DNA of 64,000 nucleotides, from assembly GCA_040753215.1 (NCBI GenBank), contig JBFMEZ010000025.1:32001-96000 (forward strand). The letters run 5' to 3'. The notes beneath the pieces were generated by a model. That model was not told where the DNA came from. It saw only the letters and a list, made by a program, of their open reading frames with translations, and ran no database searches. Within the stretch, counting starts at the first letter, position 1; each line of letters opens with the position of its first letter. The DNA comes from Candidatus Micrarchaeota archaeon (GTDB lineage: Archaea > Micrarchaeota > Micrarchaeia > Anstonellales > Bilamarchaeaceae). Position numbers and translations under genes: made by a program. Below are positions 7,751 to 17,819 of the stretch, piece by piece.

Positions 7751-10700
7751 CTAGTGATGGAGCTTCCTTGCGCCCCTCGGGACGGGCGGAGGGCCCTGCA
7801 CAAGCCCCCTGAATCTCTTAGGGAGCGGCAGGCCGGGACTCGGCGCCGGCCTCGGCGCATTCATGGAAGCGGCAATCCGCCCCCTAAGTTCGGGCCCGAA
7901 GTATCCTGCGTAGTATGCGGGCAGCTCCCTCCTGTCCCTCGCCATCATGCGCTCGTCTGCCAGCCTCTTGTCCACCGCATCCCTCATGAGCTCGCCTATT
8001 TCCGCAGCCGTGAACATGCCGGATGCTATGAGCTGCGACGCCGCAGACGCCTCGCCGCGGTACACCACTGCCTTTACCGCCGCCCATTTTAGCAGCAGCT
8101 TCTGCCATTCTGCGGGCGGGCTGCCGGAGAACGCCGCGGACATCGGCACACCGACGTCCTTTCCGCACTGCACCGCGCATAGAAGCGCGGAGAATGGCGA
8201 ATCCAGCTCTGCCGCGAAATTCAGCGCCTCGTATTTCTCCTCAAGGTCGCCCTGCCCCCCCCGGAGGGCCATTGGCTCGAGCAGCTTTTCGCCTATTGCC
8301 GGGCTGCCTGCTGCCACCCCGAGCACTTCGGAAATGACCTCGGGGAGCATCCTGGAATCGCCAATTATGGCTGCGAAATGCTCTGCCGCCGGCCCGCCTG
8401 CGGCCGCCATGAGCTGCGCCGCGGTTTTTCTTGAGGCGATTTCAAGGTCGAGCGGGAGAAGGTCCTGCGGATGAACCCTCAGGCGCACCATGCGCTCCAG
8501 CTCGTCAAGGGGCACGTACGGGCCAGCCGCCTTCAGCGCGTCTTCCGCGCACGTGCTGACCATCCCGTTCCTGTGCCTGAGCAGCCCTGCGAGGAGCCTC
8601 GTGTTCTCCCGGAACTCCGGGAGCACGCTGAGCTCCTTCGGCGTTTCCCTTCCGCTCTGCAGCACCCTGGTAAACAGCTCCGCGGCCTGCACCGCCTTGT
8701 TCTCGTCCCCGGAGCGCAGCATCGCGCCTATCTGCTCCTGTGCGCCCCTTCCCATCAGCCTCAGGACGTTGTACACCCTTGCGGCCAGCTTTTCCCCGCC
8801 TTCCGTGCTGAGGACGGCGGCGACGCTGTCGAGGAGGTTTATGTTCCTCATCTCGGAAAGGACCATCGCGACAACGCCCTCGGAAAGCTCCTTCATGCCT
8901 ATCGCATTCAGCAGGCATTCCCTGGCCTTCTTTTCTGTCGCCTCGCTCTGCCTGTGGCCTTTCTTCTTTCTGGCGTAGCCGGCGAGCTCGCCTATGGTCA
9001 CGAGCGCGTTCCTGCGGTATTCCGGCGGGTAGCGCGAAAAATCGACGGAAAGGACGATGTCCGAAAGCTGGCCAACCGCGAGGTCGCCGTTCCTCACCAG
9101 GATTGTGCGTGCCTCCCTGAGGCGGTCCGCATTGTCAGCGGCCTCCACATCCCCGAAGAGGTGCGCCTTCACGCACGCCTTTATCAGGTCCGCGCCGCAG
9201 TCCTTCTGCTCGCGGAAAATCTTGAAAGCCACGAGCCCGAGGTCTGAAAGCTCGCCCCTGTCGAAGGCTGCGCGCATCAGGCAGGGGCGGACCTCCCCCT
9301 TTCCGTAGGCAGCCGAGAGGGCTTCCTCCACCCTGCGGCCGGTCCTCACGGCCTCGTCCCCGAGGCTCTTCCCGGAAACGAGCCCGGAGAGGAGCCTGTA
9401 TGAAGCGTCGGAATTTATGCGTGCGAGCAATACCGCGATTGCCGCGGCTTCCTTCGGGGCGATTCCCTCCTTCTCCCTGTCAGCCAGGAACCGCCCGGCA
9501 TGCTTCGTTGCCCCTTCCGCGAAAACCGGCAGGGATGCGAAATCCTGCATAGCGGCAACATCTGCGGCATCCATGTCCTTTATGAGGGGAAGCATGTGGC
9601 CTGCGAGGGCGGCGCACCTGCCGCTCTCCAGCAGCCCGCCGAAGGCCGATGCGAGGCCGGAAAGCGCGAGCGCCTCCTTCGGGGTGAGTGCCCCTTCCCG
9701 GGATTTCCTTTCCGCGTATTCGAGGAGGATTGCTTCCCCGTGGGCCGCGTCCAGCTTGATTGCGAGGTCCTGCAGCTTCTCGAGCTGGGCAGGGTTCATT
9801 CTAACTGCCTCCGGGAGCGCATGCTTCAGGAACTCCACGCCCTCCTTTGCGCCTATGTCTTCAACGACTATGGAAAGGAGGTGGGCACCGTCTGCGCCGA
9901 GGCCCTCTGCGGCGGCTTCCGCATACCTCAGTATTACGGGGACCGCGCCCTTTCCTATCTTCCTGGCGAAGCGCGCGGCTGCGACAAGCTGCTCGTCGTC
10001 CATTCCCTTCAGTACCGGCAGGGAGCTGGCGAGGATGCGGTTTGCGTCATCATCCGCAAAGCCGGCTTCCATCGCAAGGGAAATCATGAAGCGGCATTCT
10101 TCCGCGGTCAGCGTGCCTTTTGAGGATTCCGCCTCCGCGTAAGAGGCGAGGTGCGCGACAGGATTGCTGCCCTTTTCCGCCATCTCCATCACCAGCTGGC
10201 TGATGAGCGGGTCGTGCACGCGGCCGAGCGTCCTGCTTTCGGAAAGCGCGACTGCGAGCATTCCTGCGGGTTCCATTGCGGCGAGGAGGGATGCCACGCT
10301 TTCCCTGAGCTCCGGCTGCTGCTGGTAGGCGTTGAGGAGCAGCGGGACCGAGGTTCCTGCGGCCTGCCCGCCAACGAGCGCCGCGGCGCTCTTCCTTGCC
10401 GCGAAGGGGGCGTTGTAATCGCCCAGGACTGCGCACACGCGGCCGAAATCGGCTTCGGCCTCCATGATTTCCATCGCCCTGGAGTTCCCGGAAGCCGCCT
10501 CCAGCAGCCTTGAATATGCGTAGTGCACGTCGGCATCATCGCCCTTGGCCGAGAGGAACAGCTCGGCGGCCCTTTCAACCGCAACCTCAGGGCTGCCGGG
10601 GTCCAGAAGCGTATCCTCAAGGTGGCGCAGGGCATCGAAGCTGCCCTCGTGCAGCGCCTGCATTATGGTGTGGGAGGCCTCGGTGTCGCCCTCCGCAATC

Positions 10701-13700
10701 GCGGAGGCGAGGAGCGGGTATGCGTCCCTGTGCCCAGGGGCAAGCTCCGCAAGAAGGCCCGCGGCTCCGCGCCTGACATTAACATCTTCGTTGTGAGCCA
10801 GCAGCTCCCCGAGGAGGGGCCCTGCACGGCTGAAATCCATCGCAAGGAAGTACCTCCGGGTGTCCAGGCCTTTTCCGCCCAAAAGTATGAGCCGGCTGGC
10901 CGCACCCTCTGCGACCTGCTGGGAATCGTGGGTGAGCATCGGGGCGAGCACATCGCACGCCTCTTCGGTGCCCATCTGTCCCAGCACGGATATCGTTCTG
11001 AGGTTTTCCCCGTCCTCCCTGCCTGCGTATATGGACGGCAGGAGGCGGAGGCCGCCGGAGTGTATGCTTGAAACCGCGAGCTTCCTGACTTCGGCGTTCC
11101 CGCCGGCTGTTGCGGAACAGAGCACGGGGTAAACATCTTCAGGGTAGCGCACCGCGAATTCCGAGAGCAGGGTGGCGGCTGAGACGCCGGCTGCTTCGCT
11201 GAGCTCGCTGCCATCGCTGTCCAGCACCGCTTCCTTCAGGAGGGCGAGCGAGCGGTTGAAATCCAGGTTCCTGAAATATTTGTGGGTGTCAGTGCCATCT
11301 GCTCCGTGCGCGGCGAGCAGCACACGGGCCGCCTCTGCGGAAACTGCGGGCTCCGTGTCGAGCAGCACGGGCGAGAGCGCGGCAAGCGCCTCCTGCGTCC
11401 CTATCTCCCTCAGGACCGAGACCGCGTTTAGCTTGCCCTCCCTTGTGCATGAGCCGAATTCCTCGGACACGGCCCGTATCACTGCGCCGTCCCCCCGGGA
11501 TATGAGCATGGAGCATACGCCCATCGCGACATCCGGGTAGTCCAGGGCTCCGGCGAGGCCGTTGAGCGCCGCCGGGTCGTTTATGTCCGCCAGCCTCTGG
11601 AGGGCTGCGAGGCGGGCATCGGAGTCCTTCGCCCTGTGGAGCAACTTCACGAGCCTTGCTACCTCCCTGCCGGATTCCCTGGAAGATGCGACCAGCTCCG
11701 GAGCGGGAGGCGAGTAAACTGTAGGCCCCGCGTTTTCTGGCCCGGATTTTCCCACAAGCCCCTGCGGAGGCGGGTATAGGGATGTCGGCCTCGCTTCCAG
11801 AGGTATTCCATCTGCATGGGCCTCTGCTGTTTGCGGCACCGGAGCTGGCGGCTCTGGTTCGGCCGCAGGAACATGCGAGGTTGCGCCCGGCGTTTCCGGA
11901 GCCGGCTGGCCTTCAGCGGCAGGTGCAGCAGGTTCCTCGCCCAAAACATCCTCTTCCCTCACCGGAGCAGGCGGCTGGGACGGGGTTTCTGGCAAACCAA
12001 ACCCCCGCCCTCCCGGTCCCACTTCGGCTCTGGAGGTTTGGTTTGGTCTCCCGTTTCCTGTTTCCGGTTTCGCGTCCGCTGTTGGCTGCGGAGCGCCTGC
12101 TGCCTGCGCTTCTGCCTTTTCTCCTGCAAGCGCTGCGGCTATCTCTTCCGGTGTGGGGGCACGTCTCTGAAACGTCCTCCATTTATCCGGAGGCAGCAGT
12201 TTTCCATCGGGGCCGAGCAGCGCGGGGCCCACATCCGGCGCAGGTGCGGGGCCTTTCATTGTCGGGTGCGCGGAAGGAACATCAGCAACCGGCTGGGGAG
12301 TGGAAACTGTAGAGTGGGAACCGGGAACCGGAAGCGGGGAACTGGTTGCTGGCTGCGCTGCGGGCATCCCTACTGCGGTCCCTCCCCTCGCAGCGTCTGC
12401 CATCTCTTGTGAACCTGAAACGGGCGGCTTTCCTGCCGTAAGGTCAATCACCCGCTGGAACTCGCCGCTTTCGGAAGCATCCGGCGCATGTGGCACAATT
12501 TCCAAGTGCAGCTTCTTTGCACCCGGTTTCCCGCTTTCTGTTTCGGAACTGGAAACCGGAGACAGGAAACCGGAAACTGCGCTGCCACCTGCGGGCGGGA
12601 CTGCGTGACCGGCAACCGTTCTGCCTCTCAGCGCCTCTGCCATTGCGAGGCTCTCGGGGGCAGCGGAGGAAACCGGCCCGGAACCGGAAACTGGAAGCCG
12701 GGAACCGTGAACCGGCTCTGTTGGTGCAGCTGCGGTGGCGGCTCTTGGCGCTTCCGCTGGGGGAGTCGGCACTTCGGGAGTTTCCGGCAACCGGGAACCG
12801 GAAACTGGAAGCTGGGGTGCCGGGTAAGGAGGAGGAAGCGGCTTAAGGAGGCCTGAATCGCCTTCTGAGCCGGCTGCGATTGTGGCAGCGAGGCCTATGG
12901 GCGCGGCGATTTCGACCGCATGCACGCGCGGGCCGGAGCCGTTTGCAGGAGGGGCTGCTGGAACCGTGGGCCTTGCTTCACTCTCCTTTGCGGCCTCAAG
13001 CTCGCGCTCGACAACCTTAAGGAATTCCAGCACTGCCGGCCCGGAGGGAAGCCCTATCCTTTCGGAATTTATCTTGTCCAATGCCGCGTGCATCAGTTCC
13101 GGCGCAATGGAACCGTTGCCGCAGAGAAGGTAGATGTGGAGCTTTGCAGGGTAGGGGTGGCCCGCATCTATGCACAGCCCGGAGAAGAATGCCGTCTCCT
13201 CATCAATGCCGCTGAACTGCTTCCTCTCGGAAAGGAGGATTGCGAGTGCCTTCTTTCCCACATCCTCGGGAATGAAGCCCCTCTGCACCCTGTTGTCTAT
13301 CTGCCTTTTCGTCCTTATTTCGGCCCTGCAGACCGTGAAGAGCTTGTCCGCCTCTTCGGGGGTTTTCACCGACGCCTCGCCTGCGCGAACACGCCTAAGG
13401 GCTTCCTCCGCGGCCATGGCAGCGTAGTTGTCGGCCGGCGGCTTCCATTCCTTTCCGACTGCGCGCATGAGTGCGGCGAGCCGCTCGGGCATCGCGAGAA
13501 CTGCGTTCCAGCCCTCGAGTTCTGCCTCCTTTTCGGCAAGGGCTGCGGGAGCGGGTTCCTTCTTTCTCATGCCCCCAACAGACTTGCCGAGGGTTTCAAC
13601 AAAACCTTCCGCGGTCCTGCGCAGCTTCTCGCCCTGGAAAATATTGAGCAGGCCGGAGCGGCCCACGCGCACTCCGCCCATGGTTCTCGGGCCTTCCGCG

Positions 13701-16027
13701 AGCATAGTATAAGCGTTATCTTCGGGCTCTGCGCCGAACGCTGCCTTCCACGCCTTCTGCAGGAGCTGGGCGAGCTCCGGGTCCGCCTGCTCTATTTCGA
13801 GGATGTGGAGCCTCCTGGCCGCCTCTCCCATTTTGATTACATAGGCAAGTGCAGCGGCCTTGACCAGGTCTTCGGCGGCCTTATCCGTTTCCGGTTTCCC
13901 GCTTCCAGTTTCCGGCAACGGAGAACCGGGAACTGGCAACTGCTGGGCGCCTTCTGCCGCCTCTTCCGTGCTGCCTGAATCGTACCATCCGAGATATCTC
14001 TCGTCCGCAACGAGCCGCCGCACCTGCTCCTCCCTCGGCAATCTGAGGAGTTCCGGCGGGACTATTGCGCCTGCCTTCTGCCTTATTGCCTGCTCCAGCC
14101 CGGCCGCAAGCGAATCCATGGAATCGTTCAGCCCTCCAACGGCATCCGGCCCCAGGATTTCGGCGTTTGCAAGGAAAACCCTGCAGGAATCCCTCACAAA
14201 TGAGCGCACATCAGACTGGAATTCCTTTTCTTCCTTAAGGGAGGCGAGGACCTGCGGGCGGGTGAGCAGGATGCCTGAAGCGAGGTATCTCCTCTCTGCC
14301 TCAAATGCAACGGAATAGGAATAGCCGCCCTCTTCTGCAATCATCCATATGTATTCGCCGCTGCTGCCCTGCAGCTTAAAGCGTGCCTGGAGAAGAATGT
14401 CGCCGGCGGAATCCAGGTCGGACGGGATGACGAAATGGGTCCCGGAGAGCCGGATTGCGGCATCGGCTTCCTCATCCGTATAGCCGGAACCCTCTGCGGC
14501 CTTACTTATCAGCTTTGCGGCATCCTCTTCTTTCAGGAGATACTCCTTTGCCGCTGCCAGGTATCCTGAGGCCGCTTCCTCATCCTGGAGAATAGTGCCC
14601 TTTGCCTCTGCAGCATTCTGGGCCGCTATCCAGGCTTTCATCGGGAATCCGCCTTTATCACCGGCTTTTCCTACAAGGACATGGTTCTGGATTTTCTGCT
14701 CTTCGGTGAGGACTGGCGGCCTGGGCATCACGGTTGTGGATTCGGATTCGTGGATGAGCATCTGCCTTGTTTCCTCAAGGACATGGCGGGAATATTCATC
14801 GGGATGCATGCTGGGGAGCTTTACCGGGACCGCGTCGCCTGAGCCGATGTCCGCCTTTCCTGAAAGGCGCTCGGCTGCGCGCATGTAAACCCTCCTCGGG
14901 AATCCGCCGGATTTCCCGGAACCGTATACGTAGGATGATGGGTTGCTGAGGAAGGAGTGCTCTGCCCTCATCTCTGCAAGCACCTCTTCGGAGACTATTC
15001 TCTTTCCTGAAGAGGAGTGCCTTCCGGCTACTGTGGTGATGACCGGGGTGCGGAGCGGGCCGGCGGGAACTCCCCTCCCGCCGAGCATCCTCACATATTC
15101 GTATCCGTGCCTCGCCTGCATTAGGAGGTCGAGCGCTTCGGATTCCAGCGCCTCGCGCCTTTCCTTGCGGCCGTGCGTGACGTGCATCCCGAGGGCCTTT
15201 GCAGGCGGCTTCGGGAACCAGTTGTATTTTGCGCAGAGGGCGAGGGCTGAGGCGGCTTCCCTTGCGGTGAAGCCGTTCTTTTTCGCGAGCCTGCGGATGA
15301 ATCTTTCAGTTGCATTCGGGATTCCGGCTTCCGGTGAAACAACCACTTTGGGGGGAGCGGGCTGCGGCGCGGGCGGCTGGGGCGGAATGGCAGGGGCAGT
15401 AACCGGCCGGGTTGCCATGGACGATACAGAAGCTGGAGATGCGGACGAGACTGGGGTGGAAGCAGGAACTGGCAGCCGGGAACTGGAAACTGGAGACCGC
15501 GGGGCTGCCATGCCTTTTGGATGCGGCTGCGCTGCTTTGCTTAGGAGGCCGAGGGCTCCAGCCTCATCCGCCGGAATGCTGCCGGAGCAGAAGGAGATGC
15601 CCCTTGCCCTTAGGATGTCATCTTCCGTGAAACGGGTGTCCCTGCCGGCTGCCTTCCTGAGGAGGCGCATGAGCTTTTTTTCGGAGCCCGCCCATTCCTC
15701 TGCGCGCACGAGCAGGTCGCGGGCGCTGTTTCCTGTGAGCCTTGTGCCGGGCGGAAGGTCGAGGCACAGGTCCTTTGCAAGCCCGATTACGGCTGCTGTG
15801 CAAGGGTACCCTTTATTGCCTGTGTATTCCACCACGTACCAGTTTGTGGCGATGTCGAGCAGGTTGCGCGCAGAGGATGCATCAAATGCCGAGCCTTCTG
15901 GCAGGCGCTTTACTAAGCCCTTGGCTGCCGCAAGCGCATCGTTGGTATATCCATCGTACTCTGCGACATTTTCAAGCAATGCAAGGTTCCTTTCGGTTCC
16001 AGCTGGGAGTGCAGTAGTGTCTCTCAT
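7751..16027 (-). CDS. Giant 2758-aa protein: N-terminal helical repeats, Pro/Ala-rich linker, C-terminal HEAT-like repeats
   Basis: Uninterrupted ORF. HEAT-like units such as DSDARLAALQRLADINDPAALNGLAGAL and DVNVRRGAAGLLAEL; no obvious signal peptide. Confidence 0.8.
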   Translation of the reverse strand: MRDTTALPAGTERNLALLENVAEYDGYTNDALAAAKGLVKRLPEGSAFDASSARNLLDIATNWYVVEYTGNKGYPCTAAVIGLAKDLCLDLPPGTRLTGNSARDLLVRAEEWAGSEKKLMRLLRKAAGRDTRFTEDDILRARGISFCSGSIPADEAGALGLLSKAAQPHPKGMAAPRSPVSSSRLPVPASTPVSSASPASVSSMATRPVTAPAIPPQPPAPQPAPPKVVVSPEAGIPNATERFIRRLAKKNGFTAREAASALALCAKYNWFPKPPAKALGMHVTHGRKERREALESEALDLLMQARHGYEYVRMLGGRGVPAGPLRTPVITTVAGRHSSSGKRIVSEEVLAEMRAEHSFLSNPSSYVYGSGKSGGFPRRVYMRAAERLSGKADIGSGDAVPVKLPSMHPDEYSRHVLEETRQMLIHESESTTVMPRPPVLTEEQKIQNHVLVGKAGDKGGFPMKAWIAAQNAAEAKGTILQDEEAASGYLAAAKEYLLKEEDAAKLISKAAEGSGYTDEEADAAIRLSGTHFVIPSDLDSAGDILLQARFKLQGSSGEYIWMIAEEGGYSYSVAFEAERRYLASGILLTRPQVLASLKEEKEFQSDVRSFVRDSCRVFLANAEILGPDAVGGLNDSMDSLAAGLEQAIRQKAGAIVPPELLRLPREEQVRRLVADERYLGWYDSGSTEEAAEGAQQLPVPGSPLPETGSGKPETDKAAEDLVKAAALAYVIKMGEAARRLHILEIEQADPELAQLLQKAWKAAFGAEPEDNAYTMLAEGPRTMGGVRVGRSGLLNIFQGEKLRRTAEGFVETLGKSVGGMRKKEPAPAALAEKEAELEGWNAVLAMPERLAALMRAVGKEWKPPADNYAAMAAEEALRRVRAGEASVKTPEEADKLFTVCRAEIRTKRQIDNRVQRGFIPEDVGKKALAILLSERKQFSGIDEETAFFSGLCIDAGHPYPAKLHIYLLCGNGSIAPELMHAALDKINSERIGLPSGPAVLEFLKVVERELEAAKESEARPTVPAAPPANGSGPRVHAVEIAAPIGLAATIAAGSEGDSGLLKPLPPPYPAPQLPVSGSRLPETPEVPTPPAEAPRAATAAAPTEPVHGSRLPVSGSGPVSSAAPESLAMAEALRGRTVAGHAVPPAGGSAVSGFLSPVSSSETESGKPGAKKLHLEIVPHAPDASESGEFQRVIDLTAGKPPVSGSQEMADAARGGTAVGMPAAQPATSSPLPVPGSHSTVSTPQPVADVPSAHPTMKGPAPAPDVGPALLGPDGKLLPPDKWRTFQRRAPTPEEIAAALAGEKAEAQAAGAPQPTADAKPETGNGRPNQTSRAEVGPGGRGFGLPETPSQPPAPVREEDVLGEEPAAPAAEGQPAPETPGATSHVPAAEPEPPAPVPQTAEAHADGIPLEARPTSLYPPPQGLVGKSGPENAGPTVYSPPAPELVASSRESGREVARLVKLLHRAKDSDARLAALQRLADINDPAALNGLAGALDYPDVAMGVCSMLISRGDGAVIRAVSEEFGSCTREGKLNAVSVLREIGTQEALAALSPVLLDTEPAVSAEAARVLLAAHGADGTDTHKYFRNLDFNRSLALLKEAVLDSDGSELSEAAGVSAATLLSEFAVRYPEDVYPVLCSATAGGNAEVRKLAVSSIHSGGLRLLPSIYAGREDGENLRTISVLGQMGTEEACDVLAPMLTHDSQQVAEGAASRLILLGGKGLDTRRYFLAMDFSRAGPLLGELLAHNEDVNVRRGAAGLLAELAPGHRDAYPLLASAIAEGDTEASHTIMQALHEGSFDALRHLEDTLLDPGSPEVAVERAAELFLSAKGDDADVHYAYSRLLEAASGNSRAMEIMEAEADFGRVCAVLGDYNAPFAARKSAAALVGGQAAGTSVPLLLNAYQQQPELRESVASLLAAMEPAGMLAVALSESRTLGRVHDPLISQLVMEMAEKGSNPVAHLASYAEAESSKGTLTAEECRFMISLAMEAGFADDDANRILASSLPVLKGMDDEQLVAAARFARKIGKGAVPVILRYAEAAAEGLGADGAHLLSIVVEDIGAKEGVEFLKHALPEAVRMNPAQLEKLQDLAIKLDAAHGEAILLEYAERKSREGALTPKEALALSGLASAFGGLLESGRCAALAGHMLPLIKDMDAADVAAMQDFASLPVFAEGATKHAGRFLADREKEGIAPKEAAAIAVLLARINSDASYRLLSGLVSGKSLGDEAVRTGRRVEEALSAAYGKGEVRPCLMRAAFDRGELSDLGLVAFKIFREQKDCGADLIKACVKAHLFGDVEAADNADRLREARTILVRNGDLAVGQLSDIVLSVDFSRYPPEYRRNALVTIGELAGYARKKKGHRQSEATEKKARECLLNAIGMKELSEGVVAMVLSEMRNINLLDSVAAVLSTEGGEKLAARVYNVLRLMGRGAQEQIGAMLRSGDENKAVQAAELFTRVLQSGRETPKELSVLPEFRENTRLLAGLLRHRNGMVSTCAEDALKAAGPYVPLDELERMVRLRVHPQDLLPLDLEIASRKTAAQLMAAAGGPAAEHFAAIIGDSRMLPEVISEVLGVAAGSPAIGEKLLEPMALRGGQGDLEEKYEALNFAAELDSPFSALLCAVQCGKDVGVPMSAAFSGSPPAEWQKLLLKWAAVKAVVYRGEASAASQLIASGMFTAAEIGELMRDAVDKRLADERMMARDRRELPAYYAGYFGPELRGRIAASMNAPRPAPSPGLPLPKRFRGLVQGPPPVPRGARKLHH

Positions 16028-16180
16028 AACATATATTTGTCGCTGAAAATGTTTTTAAAGGGATGCTATTTATAAACATCCAAAACCACTACGGAAAAAA
16101 GGGCTGGAAACAGAAAACCGGAAACCTGGCGGAGGAAGGTTTATTAGTTTTATATGATATAATTACGCGGGGTGGAGAAA

Positions 16181-16924
16181 ATGAAAATTGTGATGGATGA
16201 CGCTACTTCTCTCAAGGATGCGGTGGATACCATTGTGAACCTGGTGGAAGAAGGGCTGTTCGAATTCACGAACGAGGGCGTGCGGCTGAAGGCAATGGAC
16301 CCTTCGCAGATTTCCATGATTTCCTTCTTCATGCCGAAGGAGGCGTTCTCCCACTACGGGATTGACGAGGAGAGGAAAATCGGGATAGACGTGGACAAGC
16401 TGAGCCGGGTGCTCGCGCGCGGGATGAAGGGCGAGAGCGCGGAGCTGGGGCTTGAGGAGGGGCGGCTGAAAATCACATTCAGCGGCGCCAAGAAGAGGAG
16501 GGTTTTCCGGCTTCCGCTCATAGACGTCGGCTCAGGGCTGGAGAGGGAGCCGAAAATAGAGTATAAGAACCATATAAAGGTGGATGCGGACGCGTTCAGG
16601 GAGGTGCTCAAGGACGCGAAGCTGCTGAGCAGCCACATACGGCTCATACTGGAGGACGGGAAGTTCAGGGTGGAGATACGGGGGGATGAGGGCGAAGTGA
16701 AGGAAGAGTTCGAGAAGGATTCGGATGCTGTGAAGGAGCTTAAGGCGGTGGACGGGGCGAGGGCCACATTCCCGCTGCAGTACCTCGAGGACATAGTCAA
16801 GGCGAGCAAGGGCGGCACCCCGCTCACCATTTACATGGAGACGGACAGGCCGCTGAAAGTGGAGTACGAAGTGGTGGGCGCGAAGAGCGTGTATTACTTA
16901 GCGCCGAGGATTGAGAGCGCGTGA
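16181..16924 (+). CDS. pcn: DNA polymerase sliding clamp (PCNA)
   Basis: LKAMDPSQISM, FPLQYL and YYLAPRIE motifs; about 247 aa. Confidence 0.95.
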   Translation: MKIVMDDATSLKDAVDTIVNLVEEGLFEFTNEGVRLKAMDPSQISMISFFMPKEAFSHYGIDEERKIGIDVDKLSRVLARGMKGESAELGLEEGRLKITFSGAKKRRVFRLPLIDVGSGLEREPKIEYKNHIKVDADAFREVLKDAKLLSSHIRLILEDGKFRVEIRGDEGEVKEEFEKDSDAVKELKAVDGARATFPLQYLEDIVKASKGGTPLTIYMETDRPLKVEYEVVGAKSVYYLAPRIESA

Positions 16925-16937
16925 ATTGCCCGGCACT

Positions 16938-17783
16938 TTAGGCAAGGGTGTCTATGGCTGCGCGGATTTCCGGGTTCCTCGTTGCCCGTTTCAGCTCCTG
17001 CAGAAGCGATTCCCTTTCGGGGGCTTCTCCGCGGGATGCGTGGCGCGAGGCAACGCGGCTGAGCATTTTCTCCAGTTCGGAGTTGAGGGCGGAGCGCGTA
17101 TCAAAATCCATCTCCGCGTAGCCCGGGACCGCTGCAGTTATGCTGTCTAACACCTCGCGGGCGAGGGCGGACAGCTGCTCGAGCGCCTGCACGTGCTCTG
17201 CGGATATTTCCCTCTTTGCATTTCCCATGGAATCCACTTCAAAGTACCTGGTCTCGCCTGCGGCGTTTGTGGCGGACCTGACGCTCATTCCGTAGTAACC
17301 CGTCTGTGATACGTCCGTGTAGCCCTGCGTCTGGAGCTCTGCAATTGTGGGTGCATGCCTCCTCGGGGTGGCCCTGCGGGCTTCAGCCGCGGCCGCCTCC
17401 TCGCGCGCGGGCACCTCCTCAAGCGTGCGGGGCAGGGTGAGCGGCGGGGGCGGAAGCCCCAATATGGCAGGCCCCCTCTCTGCGCCCCTCAGCTCGTCTA
17501 TCGCATATGCGAGGTCCGGGTTGCGCACCCGGTTCGGGCCGAACCTGAGCTCCGTGAGGAGGGTGTCGCGCGTGGGGGCCGGGGCACCGCGGTGCGTGCG
17601 GTAGAATTCCGTGTAATGGAGCATCAGCGAACGGAGGGCGCGCTGCAACTCCGCCGCTGCATTCCGCTGCGCGGTTTCTTCCATTACCTGCGGCAGATGC
17701 CGGATTATGTCATTTGTGAGCGCATTCATCTCGCGGCTTATTGAGTCCAGCTTTTCACCATAAACATCTGCGACGCGTGCCAT
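16938..17783 (-). CDS. Hypothetical protein
   Basis: About 281-aa helical ORF; no recognisable motif. Confidence 0.6.
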   Translation of the reverse strand: MARVADVYGEKLDSISREMNALTNDIIRHLPQVMEETAQRNAAAELQRALRSLMLHYTEFYRTHRGAPAPTRDTLLTELRFGPNRVRNPDLAYAIDELRGAERGPAILGLPPPPLTLPRTLEEVPAREEAAAAEARRATPRRHAPTIAELQTQGYTDVSQTGYYGMSVRSATNAAGETRYFEVDSMGNAKREISAEHVQALEQLSALAREVLDSITAAVPGYAEMDFDTRSALNSELEKMLSRVASRHASRGEAPERESLLQELKRATRNPEIRAAIDTLA

Positions 17784-17819
17784 ATGGACACCGGATAAAT
17801 AGCGCAATGGAAGTTTTTA

